From an archaeon (GTDB lineage: Archaea > Iainarchaeota > Iainarchaeia > Iainarchaeales > 1-14-0-10-31-34): a stretch of 16,460 bases of DNA. Below, piece by piece: positions 8,274 through 15,112 of the stretch (within the stretch, counting starts at the first letter, position 1; each line of letters starts with the position of its first letter). The notes beneath the pieces are model-generated. The model searched no databases, was not told where the DNA came from, and saw nothing but the letters and a program-made list of their open reading frames with translations. The translations under genes were made by a program, and so were the position numbers. The DNA is taken from assembly GCA_043819075.1 (NCBI GenBank), contig JBDRFE010000063.1, forward strand, positions 1 through 16,460, written 5' to 3'.

Positions 8274-8999
8274 ATGGCAATTGAATTAAAAAAGCCTGAG
8301 TCTTGGGCTAAAGCAATCAATGCTTTATCTACTTTTATTTCAGAAGGAAACTTCAGATTTAATGACTCTGGAATAAGCTTTAAAGCCATTGACCCAAGCC
8401 AGATAGTTTTAGTTGATTATTCTATTGTAAAAAGCTCTTTTGACAAATACTCTGTTGACCCAAGCTATGTTGGAGTTGACTTAGTTGAATTAAACAAAAT
8501 TATGTCAAGGATTCTTCCAAATGACAGAATGACTTTAGAGTTAACTGAAAACGAGATGTCAATTCATTTTGCAGGAGACCTTTCAAGGTCTTTCAGGCTG
8601 CCTTTAATTGAGGTATCAGAACAAGAAATAAATATTCCTTCAACCAAGTTTGATGCAACAGTTGAAATTAATGCAAGAATGTTCAAGGAAGCATTAAAGG
8701 ATGCGTCTTTATTCGGCAGTTCGGTTGTTTTAAGGGCAAAAGGAAACCAGTTCATGATTGAAGCAAGAGGCTCTTCCGGAACCTTAAAAACTGTTGCAAA
8801 AGAAACAAAAAATATTGTAGTCAAAACAACTTCAGAGGTAGTCAGCAAGTATTCACTGAATTTTTTGACCAATATAATAAAGGAAGCTGACCAGGACTCA
8901 ATGATTAAACTTGAATTAAAAGGTGATGCTCCGATGAAAGTAAGCTATTCAATCGGCCAAAGCAAAATCCAGTTCCATTTGGCGCACATGATTTTATAA
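8274..8999 (+). CDS. pcn: DNA polymerase sliding clamp PCNA, paralogue 2 (divergent C-terminus)
   Basis: 241 aa from ATG 8274 (GGGGGT SD-like at 8262-8267); KAIDPSQIVLVDY, GVDL, FRLPLIE, KYSLNFL, APMKVSY; ends FHLAHMIL. Confidence 0.93.
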   Translation: MAIELKKPESWAKAINALSTFISEGNFRFNDSGISFKAIDPSQIVLVDYSIVKSSFDKYSVDPSYVGVDLVELNKIMSRILPNDRMTLELTENEMSIHFAGDLSRSFRLPLIEVSEQEINIPSTKFDATVEINARMFKEALKDASLFGSSVVLRAKGNQFMIEARGSSGTLKTVAKETKNIVVKTTSEVVSKYSLNFLTNIIKEADQDSMIKLELKGDAPMKVSYSIGQSKIQFHLAHMIL

Positions 9000-9009
9000 T
9001 TGCCGGCAA
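9000..9009. repeat. Perfect 10-bp palindrome TTGCCGGCAA between convergent pcn-2 and toxin stop codons
   Basis: Read directly from the sequence. Confidence 0.6.
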
Positions 9010-9012
9010 GTT

Positions 9013-9285
9013 TTATCTTTTATAAATCGTGTCATGGTGCTGTAGGTCTTCAAACCTGATTTTCCATGTTTTTTTGTCAAACTTGAAGATTAAAACAAAG
9101 TGGGAATCAACATGGACTCTCTTGAATTCTTTAAGGTCATAAGAGAGATTCTTATAATGTTCAATTTCTTCGCTGTTGCGGATTTCATCCATTTTTTTCA
9201 GGGTTATTTCAAGCCTTGTCTTGTCTTTTTTTGACAGTTTTTTTAAAATTCGCCGAAGTTTTTCGCTAAGTTCAAATTCATGCAT
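9013..9285 (-). CDS. Type II toxin, RelE/YafQ-like
   Basis: 90 aa, basic; HYKNLSYDLKEFKRVHVDSHFVLIF...HHDTIY; ATG at 9285 overlaps the antitoxin end (ATGCATGA). Confidence 0.85.
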   Translation of the reverse strand: MHEFELSEKLRRILKKLSKKDKTRLEITLKKMDEIRNSEEIEHYKNLSYDLKEFKRVHVDSHFVLIFKFDKKTWKIRFEDLQHHDTIYKR

Positions 9286-9520
9286 TTTCAAGTTCCCTTC
9301 TGAGTTTTTCTATGCTTGAAAATTTCTTGAACTTTCCTTTGTCTATTTTCAATAATTCTTCTTTGTATTCAGGCTTAAGTTCAGGTTCCAGAAATGCTTC
9401 CTCAAATTTTTCGACAATCAAATTGACTGCTTCAGATTTGTTCTTCAAACCGTATTTTCCTTTTACAATAGTCAGAACCCTGTCCTGCCTTTCTTTAAGT
9501 TTTATTATTGATTGAACCAT
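9278..9520 (-). CDS. Antitoxin, DUF2683-like (ribbon-helix-helix type)
   Basis: 80 aa; MVQSII.L....RVL.IVKGKYGLKNKSEA...EPELKPEY; upstream of and overlapping the toxin; GGTGA SD on the minus strand. Confidence 0.82.
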   Translation of the reverse strand: MVQSIIKLKERQDRVLTIVKGKYGLKNKSEAVNLIVEKFEEAFLEPELKPEYKEELLKIDKGKFKKFSSIEKLRRELENA

Positions 9521-9524
9521 TCAC

Positions 9525-9570
9525 TCACCAACACAAAATATAACAAAACATAATAAAAAGTTATCTTTCA
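9525..9570 (-). promoter_or_regulatory. TA operon promoter with tandem 10-bp repeats (candidate operator) and SD
   Basis: Minus strand reads GAAAGATAAC-TTTTTATTA (BRE/TATA-like), then the repeats (plus strand ACAAAATATA 9533-9542, ACAAAACATA 9543-9552), then GGTGA (9529-9525). Confidence 0.5.
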
Positions 9571-9584
9571 TTAGTTTTGTCGTT

Positions 9585-9597
9585 TTGCCAGTGGCAA
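9585..9597. repeat. Palindrome TTGCCA-G-TGGCAA upstream of the TA promoter
   Basis: Read directly; same TTGCC/GGCAA arms as 9000-9009. Confidence 0.55.
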
Positions 9598-9644
9598 CCC
9601 GCTTACTTTCCATTTTTTATTCTTTTTAATTCATATTTTAGTGT

Positions 9645-10685
9645 ATGCATTCAAAACAAGTGCTTCTTTTCGCGCAAATGTTCCCTTTTTCTGAGAAAGC
9701 AAAAGAATTAATTAAAAAAGAAAAGCTTGAATTAGAGGATGTTTCTGAAGAGGTAATGGAGCGCGCAAAAATAATGCTCTTGAATTCTTTCAGGAAAAAA
9801 CCTTATTTAATGAAAGAAGTTTCTTCTTCAACCGATTTAATGTTAAACGAGATAACTGCTTTTCCTGTTGCAAAAATCCTTTTGTCTGCAATTAATTCCC
9901 CTGCGCTGAACAGAAAGTTTGCTTTAATGCTTTCTTCCAGTGTGTTCAAATTCCTTGAAAAAGAGGAAAGCAATGAAAAACTGTTTGAATTATTGAATGA
10001 CTTTAAACTAAAGTTTTCTTTTTCTGAAAAAAAAGCTTTTGTTGTTTCAGTTAATTTAATGGACTTTCTTTCAATGTCTTTTTTTAATGACTTGAAGCTG
10101 GTTAACCAGCAGGTTTCAAGCGGAAAAGTTTTTTTAAGCAGAAATGATGCAATACGGTTTGTTTCAAGCCTTGCATTCAATAAAGTGTTTTTTTCCCTGC
10201 CTGTGCCAATAAAAAACATTCCCAAAAAATTCAGGGAAAATGCAGTTGCATTAAACAAAGAGTTTTCTTCAATGAAAAAAACCCTTCCTGAATTCAGGTT
10301 TTCTGGAAACCAGAGAATAGAGTTTTTCCCGCCATGCATGTCTTTTTTGCATGAAAAACTTTCTTCTGGCTCAAAATTAAGCCATATAGCTAACTTTGAT
10401 TTAGCCTGTTTTTTGATTAATGCAAGAATTTCAGGGGAAGACTTCCTAAAACTTTATTCCAGGGCGTCAAACTTCAAGGCAAAAACCGTTTTATATCATT
10501 TCAATAACATTAAAGGAAAAGAACAGAAGCCAAGGTATTCAAGCCCTTTGTGTTCTAAAGTTGAAGAACACGGATTGTGCTTGAGGAATGACTCTTGTGA
10601 GAATATTAAAAGCCCTTTAGGCTACTACATTAGGAACCTGAAAAACCTGAAAGCACCAAAAAGCGATCCAACCGAAACTAAATAA
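9645..10685 (+). CDS. priL: DNA primase large subunit PriL
   Basis: FPFSEKAK N-terminus, KLVNQQVSSGKVFL, Fe-S domain FPPC...LSH...Y-x-x-P-x-C...GLC...C...SPLGYY with four Cys ligands. Confidence 0.92.
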   Translation: MHSKQVLLFAQMFPFSEKAKELIKKEKLELEDVSEEVMERAKIMLLNSFRKKPYLMKEVSSSTDLMLNEITAFPVAKILLSAINSPALNRKFALMLSSSVFKFLEKEESNEKLFELLNDFKLKFSFSEKKAFVVSVNLMDFLSMSFFNDLKLVNQQVSSGKVFLSRNDAIRFVSSLAFNKVFFSLPVPIKNIPKKFRENAVALNKEFSSMKKTLPEFRFSGNQRIEFFPPCMSFLHEKLSSGSKLSHIANFDLACFLINARISGEDFLKLYSRASNFKAKTVLYHFNNIKGKEQKPRYSSPLCSKVEEHGLCLRNDSCENIKSPLGYYIRNLKNLKAPKSDPTETK

Positions 10686-10733
10686 ATATCTTACGGTTAA
10701 TGGTTCTTTAATGCTTTTTAAGGAGGCAAAGAA

Positions 10734-10853
10734 ATGAGTAACATTGATTTATACAAATTACAGGAAAAAGATGACGAAGAGGAATTACCAGAAGAAGACT
10801 CAGATGGTTCAGATGCTGTGCCAGAAGAAGACTCAGACGACGACAGCTTTTAA
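10734..10853 (+). CDS. Unannotated 39-aa highly acidic microprotein
   Basis: AGGAGG at 10721-10726, ATG 10734, TAA 10851-10853; MSNIDLYKLQEKDDEEELPEEDSDGSDAVPEEDSDDDSF; purine-rich coding-like composition, followed by T-tracts. Confidence 0.72.
   Translation: MSNIDLYKLQEKDDEEELPEEDSDGSDAVPEEDSDDDSF
10788..10837 (+). repeat. 17-bp direct repeat CCAGAAGAAGACTCAGA x2 (10788-10804, 10821-10837), in frame, encoding PEEDSD
   Basis: Exact match with 33-nt (11-codon) spacing. Confidence 0.85.
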
Positions 10854-10855
10854 TT

Positions 10856-10903
10856 GTTTATTTATTTTCTAATTCCTTTTTCTTTTTTTTTTTAACTTAT
10901 TTT
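10856..10903 (+). terminator. Oligo-T tract, probable archaeal intrinsic terminator
   Basis: TTTATTTATTTTCT...CCTTTTTCTTTTTTTTTTT directly after the stop at 10853. Confidence 0.55.
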
Positions 10904-10940
10904 GAGTTAACTTTAAAAATAACAAAGCTTTTCTTATATT

Positions 10941-11516
10941 GTGGAAAATTTTGTTTTAACCTGGTTTAATGCTTTTGTTCATCCAAAAGAAACTTTTGCT
11001 AAAGAAAAGCAAAAAGCATCTTTTTTTATAGGATTGATTTATTTCTTAGTTGCATTCTTTGTTTTTGAATTAATTGAAGGAATGAAATTATCTCTTACTA
11101 CTTCTCCTGTGCTTTCAGGAGTAATAGCAGTGTTTGTCTGGATGCTGGTTATATTTTTTATATTGCTGGCTATTTGGCAAGGAGTTTTATTTTTATTAGT
11201 TAAACTTTCCGGAAGAAAAACAAAAATAAAAGAACAATTTTATTTAATTTCATTGTATTTTACTCCGTTGTTGCTTTTGTTTGCATTAGTTCGTTTTCCA
11301 CTAGAGTTATTAGGAGACAAAATGTTCGGCATATTAACTTATTTTCTCCAATTCATTGTTTTTCTTTATTCTTTGTATTTGCTTGCTTTGGCTCTTGAGG
11401 AAGTTTATGGTTATACAAAACCCAACGCATTTTTTACTGGCTTTCTTTCTTTGGTAATAACTTTGATGCTAACTATTGTACCTGTAATTATTATAGTAAT
11501 TTTAACATCAATGTGA
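10941..11516 (+). CDS. Yip1-domain-like membrane protein
   Basis: 191 aa, about 5 TM segments; N-terminal W..AFVHPKETF..EK, L-S-G-x-K, P-LLL, YSLYLL..AL.EVYG pattern; TTTAAAAA about 25 nt upstream of GTG. Confidence 0.75.
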   Translation: MENFVLTWFNAFVHPKETFAKEKQKASFFIGLIYFLVAFFVFELIEGMKLSLTTSPVLSGVIAVFVWMLVIFFILLAIWQGVLFLLVKLSGRKTKIKEQFYLISLYFTPLLLLFALVRFPLELLGDKMFGILTYFLQFIVFLYSLYLLALALEEVYGYTKPNAFFTGFLSLVITLMLTIVPVIIIVILTSM

Positions 11517-11563
11517 TCCTTAATCAATTCAATCTTTTAATTATTTCTCTTTACAATTCTTTA

Positions 11564-12787
11564 ATGCAAGACCAGAAAGCAGTTGATTTCCTGCAAAAAA
11601 AGTTCAGTTCATACTATAAAACTGTTTTTGTTGACTCGGTGCCAGAACCAGAGAGAAGGGAATTCGGTTACGGGGTTTTTGGCAAAAAAATTATTGCAAG
11701 GCATTTGTCTTTCTCTTCTGCAAAAGAATTCAATTATTTTTTAAGGGAGCAGGCGCCTTTTTTTGTATCCTATTCTCCTGCCTTGTATGAGTTTCCTGAA
11801 AACAGGCCAATGGAAAGAAAAAATTTCATTAAATCTGACTTAATTTACGAGTTTGATGCAGATGACATTAAAACTTCTTGCAAGGAAAAACATGATTCCT
11901 GGAAATGCCTTGAATGCCGTGCAGAAGGAAAAGGCTTAATAGAAAAATGCCCGTCCTGCGGGAATTCAGTTGAAACAACTGAATGGGTTTGTGAAAACTG
12001 CCTTGAAGCAACAAAAAAGCAGTCGCTTAAATTAATAGGTATTCTTGAAGAAGATTTTGGTTTTGATGAAGGGATTTCAGTTAATTTTTCCGGTTCAAAA
12101 GGCTTTCATATTCACATAAAAAGCGAAAAAATCCAGGGCATGAAACAGTCAGCAAGAATTGAATTACTGGATTTTCTCACTGCAAAAGACCTTGATTTAG
12201 AAGAATTAGGCTTTGTTTATTCAAACAAGAAAATGCTTTGCCCTAAAGAAGATGATGCGTTTGGCTGGAGCAAAAAACTTCTTTCTGTTTTAAGGAAATT
12301 AATTGAAGAAGATAATGCAGAAAAAATCAGTGCCTTAGGCAATGCAAGGACTTCAGCAATAAAAAAATTGCTGGAAAAAAAGGATTTAATCCTGAAAGGC
12401 ATGCAAAACGGTTTTCTTTTCCCTGTTACAGCTGATTCAAAAAAATTCTGGAACACTTTATTGTTTAACCTGGCTGAAAGCGAAAAACTTTTTGTTGACA
12501 GGCAGACGTCAATGGATTTGGCAAAAATAATCCGTGTTCCAAACACAATTCATGGCTCAACCGGATTGCTTGCAGTGCAGTTAAAGAAAGAACGTTTAAA
12601 GGAATTTAATGCATTAAACGAAAGCATAATTTTTTCAAGTAATCCCTTGAAGATATTTGTGGAAAAGGCGCCTGAATTCACTTTAGGCAGCGAATGTTTT
12701 GGCCCGTTTAATTCAGAGCAGGCAATACTTCCTGAATTTGCTGCAGTTTACCTGCTTGCAAGGAATTCGGCAAAACTGGTGGGATAA
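11564..12787 (+). CDS. priS: DNA primase small (catalytic) subunit PriS
   Basis: RREFG, RH, YS-x-A-x-Y-x-x-P, catalytic EFDADD (E replaces the usual first D), FSGSKGFHIH, D-x-x-x-x-x-D-x-x-x-IIRVPNTIHGSTG; start placed at ATG 11564. Confidence 0.95.
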   Translation: MQDQKAVDFLQKKFSSYYKTVFVDSVPEPERREFGYGVFGKKIIARHLSFSSAKEFNYFLREQAPFFVSYSPALYEFPENRPMERKNFIKSDLIYEFDADDIKTSCKEKHDSWKCLECRAEGKGLIEKCPSCGNSVETTEWVCENCLEATKKQSLKLIGILEEDFGFDEGISVNFSGSKGFHIHIKSEKIQGMKQSARIELLDFLTAKDLDLEELGFVYSNKKMLCPKEDDAFGWSKKLLSVLRKLIEEDNAEKISALGNARTSAIKKLLEKKDLILKGMQNGFLFPVTADSKKFWNTLLFNLAESEKLFVDRQTSMDLAKIIRVPNTIHGSTGLLAVQLKKERLKEFNALNESIIFSSNPLKIFVEKAPEFTLGSECFGPFNSEQAILPEFAAVYLLARNSAKLVG

Positions 12788-13341
12788 TGGTTTTGGATTA
12801 CGATGAAATAAGAAAAATTTACAGGCTTGAAAAAAATACATCCAAGTTAGTTGAAGTGCAGGAAGACTTTTTTGATTCACTGACTGACTTCATTTTGCAG
12901 GAAAAACAGAATTATTTTACTTCAATGCAGGAACTTGATTTCTCTAAGGCAAGGGCTTTCACGAACCTGAAAAAAATGGTTGAAGAAATCCTGAATTTAA
13001 GGGAAAAAAAGATTTTGTCAAAGGCATTGATTTCGTCAAAAACTTCAGAGGAAAACAATGAGTTAATGGCTTCAGAAGAAAAAAAAATGTTTGGCGAAAT
13101 ACTGAAAATCCTTGAATCACATAATGCTTTGATTGAATCAGTTTTTGTCCAGAAAAAAAACAATGACCTCAAAGAAAAGGAGGGTTTAAATAAAGTTTCA
13201 GTGAAAATTCTTTCAGACATTCCTTCTTTTATCGGAACCGACATGAAAGAGTACGGTCCGTTCAAGAAAAACCAGTCAGTAATGCTTCCCCCGAAGATTG
13301 CAAAGCTTTTTGTTTCAAGAAAAATCGGGGAAAAATTGTAG
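12787..13341 (+). CDS. gins51: GINS complex subunit Gins51 (Gins15)
   Basis: Helical A domain (E...KL...DFF, LREKKI, EEK.MF) followed by B domain DIPSFIGTDMKEYGPF...LP; TAATG overlap with the priS stop. Confidence 0.9.
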   Translation: MVLDYDEIRKIYRLEKNTSKLVEVQEDFFDSLTDFILQEKQNYFTSMQELDFSKARAFTNLKKMVEEILNLREKKILSKALISSKTSEENNELMASEEKKMFGEILKILESHNALIESVFVQKKNNDLKEKEGLNKVSVKILSDIPSFIGTDMKEYGPFKKNQSVMLPPKIAKLFVSRKIGEKL

Positions 13342-13351
13342 GAGAAATATT

Positions 13352-13549
13352 ATGGTAAAAAAATTGATTCCTGGCCCGAAAACAAAGTTTTTGCTGATTA
13401 AATGCATTAAATGCGGAACTGAAAGAAAAGTGTTTTCTGCGTCAGTGACAGAAATAAAATGTGATGGCTGTAATCACACTATTGTTTATCCTTCTGCTTC
13501 AAAAGCAGTAATTGAGGCAAAAGTAATCAAAGTCCTTTCACAGGAATAA
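13352..13549 (+). CDS. rps27e: 30S ribosomal protein eS27 (S27e)
   Basis: 65 aa from ATG 13352 (GGAG SD); P-x-TKFL-x-IKC-x2-C...VFS...KC-x2-C...P...KA; conserved position before aIF2-alpha. Confidence 0.9.
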   Translation: MVKKLIPGPKTKFLLIKCIKCGTERKVFSASVTEIKCDGCNHTIVYPSASKAVIEAKVIKVLSQE

Positions 13550-13559
13550 AGGTGTTGAA

Positions 13560-14333
13560 TTGGAAAAAGAATTGCCTGAACCGACTGAAGTTGTTGTAGT
13601 TAAAATAACTAAAGTCCTTGAATACGGTGCTTTTGGCGAGCTGCCGGAATACAGCAACCAGAAAGGTTTTATTCATATTTCTCAGGTCACTTCAGGCTGG
13701 GTTAAAAACATCAGGAATTTTGTGAAAGAAAACCAGTTAAGGGCAGCTCAAGTACTTGCAATTGACAGGACAAAAAACCAGATTGATTTAAGCCTGACAA
13801 AAGTTTCTTCTGGAGTGCAGAGAAGCAAGATAGAGGAATTCAACAGGCTTGTTAGGGCAAAAAAATTAATTGAAGTCCTGGCAAAAACAAGAAAAGTTTC
13901 TTTTGATGATGCCTGGGAAAAAACAGCTGAACCCCTTTTGCATGAATTTGATTCTCTTCCAGAAGCATTCAACGAGATTTCGCTTTCAGGTAAAGTCTCT
14001 TCAAGTGTGGCAGAACCATGGAATTCAGAGCTCCTGAAATTAGTAAGTAAAAATGTTTCTATTCCAAAAAAATCTGTCAAAGGCGTGCTTGAATTAACTT
14101 GTTTTGAACCAGACGGGGTTGAAGTAATAAAGAATGCGCTTGAAAAAGCGGAAAAAATTGCTGGAAGCGGGTCAGAAATAATTTACCTTGGCTCTGGAAA
14201 ATACAAAATAGCGGTAACTTCGCCTGATTTCAAGTCAGCGGAAAAAAAATTAAAGGATTCATCTGAAGAAGCAATGAAAATTGTTTTGAAATCAAAAGGA
14301 AAAGCAGAGTTTAAGAAACTGGAAAAAGAGTAG
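13560..14333 (+). CDS. eif2a: Translation initiation factor aIF2 alpha subunit
   Basis: S1 domain LPE..EVVV...YGAF..L.EY...GFIHISQV.SGWVKNIR...IDLSL; C-terminal PDGVEVIK, Y-x-G-x-x-KY, DFKSAEK; TTG start with AGGTG SD. Confidence 0.95.
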   Translation: MEKELPEPTEVVVVKITKVLEYGAFGELPEYSNQKGFIHISQVTSGWVKNIRNFVKENQLRAAQVLAIDRTKNQIDLSLTKVSSGVQRSKIEEFNRLVRAKKLIEVLAKTRKVSFDDAWEKTAEPLLHEFDSLPEAFNEISLSGKVSSSVAEPWNSELLKLVSKNVSIPKKSVKGVLELTCFEPDGVEVIKNALEKAEKIAGSGSEIIYLGSGKYKIAVTSPDFKSAEKKLKDSSEEAMKIVLKSKGKAEFKKLEKE

Positions 14334-14338
14334 ATGCC

Positions 14339-15112
14339 ATGACTGAAGTAAATTTTTTGAAGAAAAAAAAATTAAAGAACGCAGTGATGTTTTCAGGCCT
14401 GCCTGGAATAGGATTGGTTGGAAAAATCACGGTAGATTATTTGTTAAAACAGTTTAAGGCGGAAAAAATAGCTGAAATAACATCTGATTCTTTTCCTCCA
14501 AGCATTCATACAAAAAATTCCATGATTGAATTAATCAAAGACGAGTTTTATTACTATAAATTCAAGGGAAAAGATTTTGTTTTTCTTGCAGGGCCTGTTC
14601 AGCCTGCACTTGATGCGTCAATTGCTTCTGCAAAAGAACATTATGAGTTTGCGGAAAAAATTGTTTTGGCTGCAAAAGCCATTGGAGTAAAAGAAATTTA
14701 TACTCTTGCAGGAATTAATGTAGGCGAAAAAAGAATGAATTCAGAGCCAAAAGTAATTGTTGCTGCAACAGACGAAAAAATTCTCGCAGGCTTCAGGAAA
14801 CTGAAAGCAGTTGAAGGCCACGAAGAAGGACTGATTTCCGGTGCGGCAGGATTAATTATTGGTTTGGCGGCAAAACACGGCATTAAAGGAGCCTGTTTAA
14901 TGGGTGAAACAAATGCAAGATTAATTTACGGAGACAACGGTTCTGCAAAAAAAATTCTTGAATTATTGTCCCTTAAATTTGGTTTTGCTGTTAACATGAA
15001 CCAGATAGACAAAGAATCAAAGGAAATAGAAAAAGCTTTTCAGCAGTTAAGCAAGCAGTTAGAAGAACAGCAGGAAGACATGCCGGAAAAAGAACTGTCT
15101 TATGTAAGGTAA
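14339..15112 (+). CDS. Proteasome assembly chaperone PAC2/PbaA-family protein
   Basis: GLPGIGLVGKI, S-x-x-FPP, QP, ISGAAGLI, GACLMGET, acidic tail ending SYVR; conserved position after aIF2-alpha. Confidence 0.88.
   Translation: MTEVNFLKKKKLKNAVMFSGLPGIGLVGKITVDYLLKQFKAEKIAEITSDSFPPSIHTKNSMIELIKDEFYYYKFKGKDFVFLAGPVQPALDASIASAKEHYEFAEKIVLAAKAIGVKEIYTLAGINVGEKRMNSEPKVIVAATDEKILAGFRKLKAVEGHEEGLISGAAGLIIGLAAKHGIKGACLMGETNARLIYGDNGSAKKILELLSLKFGFAVNMNQIDKESKEIEKAFQQLSKQLEEQQEDMPEKELSYVR

Noticed and set aside
9581..9606. Minus-strand GCGGGTTGCCACTGGCAAAACG resembling a tRNA-Leu 5' end and the GGTTGCC at 16453-16459
   Set aside because: No anticodon or T arm follows; the match is too short to call a tRNA fragment or att site.
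10788..10837. 17-bp direct repeat considered as a mini-CRISPR
   Set aside because: Only two copies, 16-nt spacer, in frame within a coding ORF, and no cas genes in the window.
8274..12787. Idea that pcn-2, the TA module and primase form a provirus or plasmid replication module
   Set aside because: priL and priS are cellular-type and continuous with gins51-rps27e-aIF2a; no integrase, capsid, helicase or att repeats are visible.
8253..13351. Longer ORF-track starts for pcn-2 (8253), priS (11513), rps27e (13298); likewise rpoL (1748) and HAD (7774)
   Set aside because: The extensions run through SD or promoter sequence or overlap upstream genes; the downstream starts fit family lengths and SD/TATA spacing.
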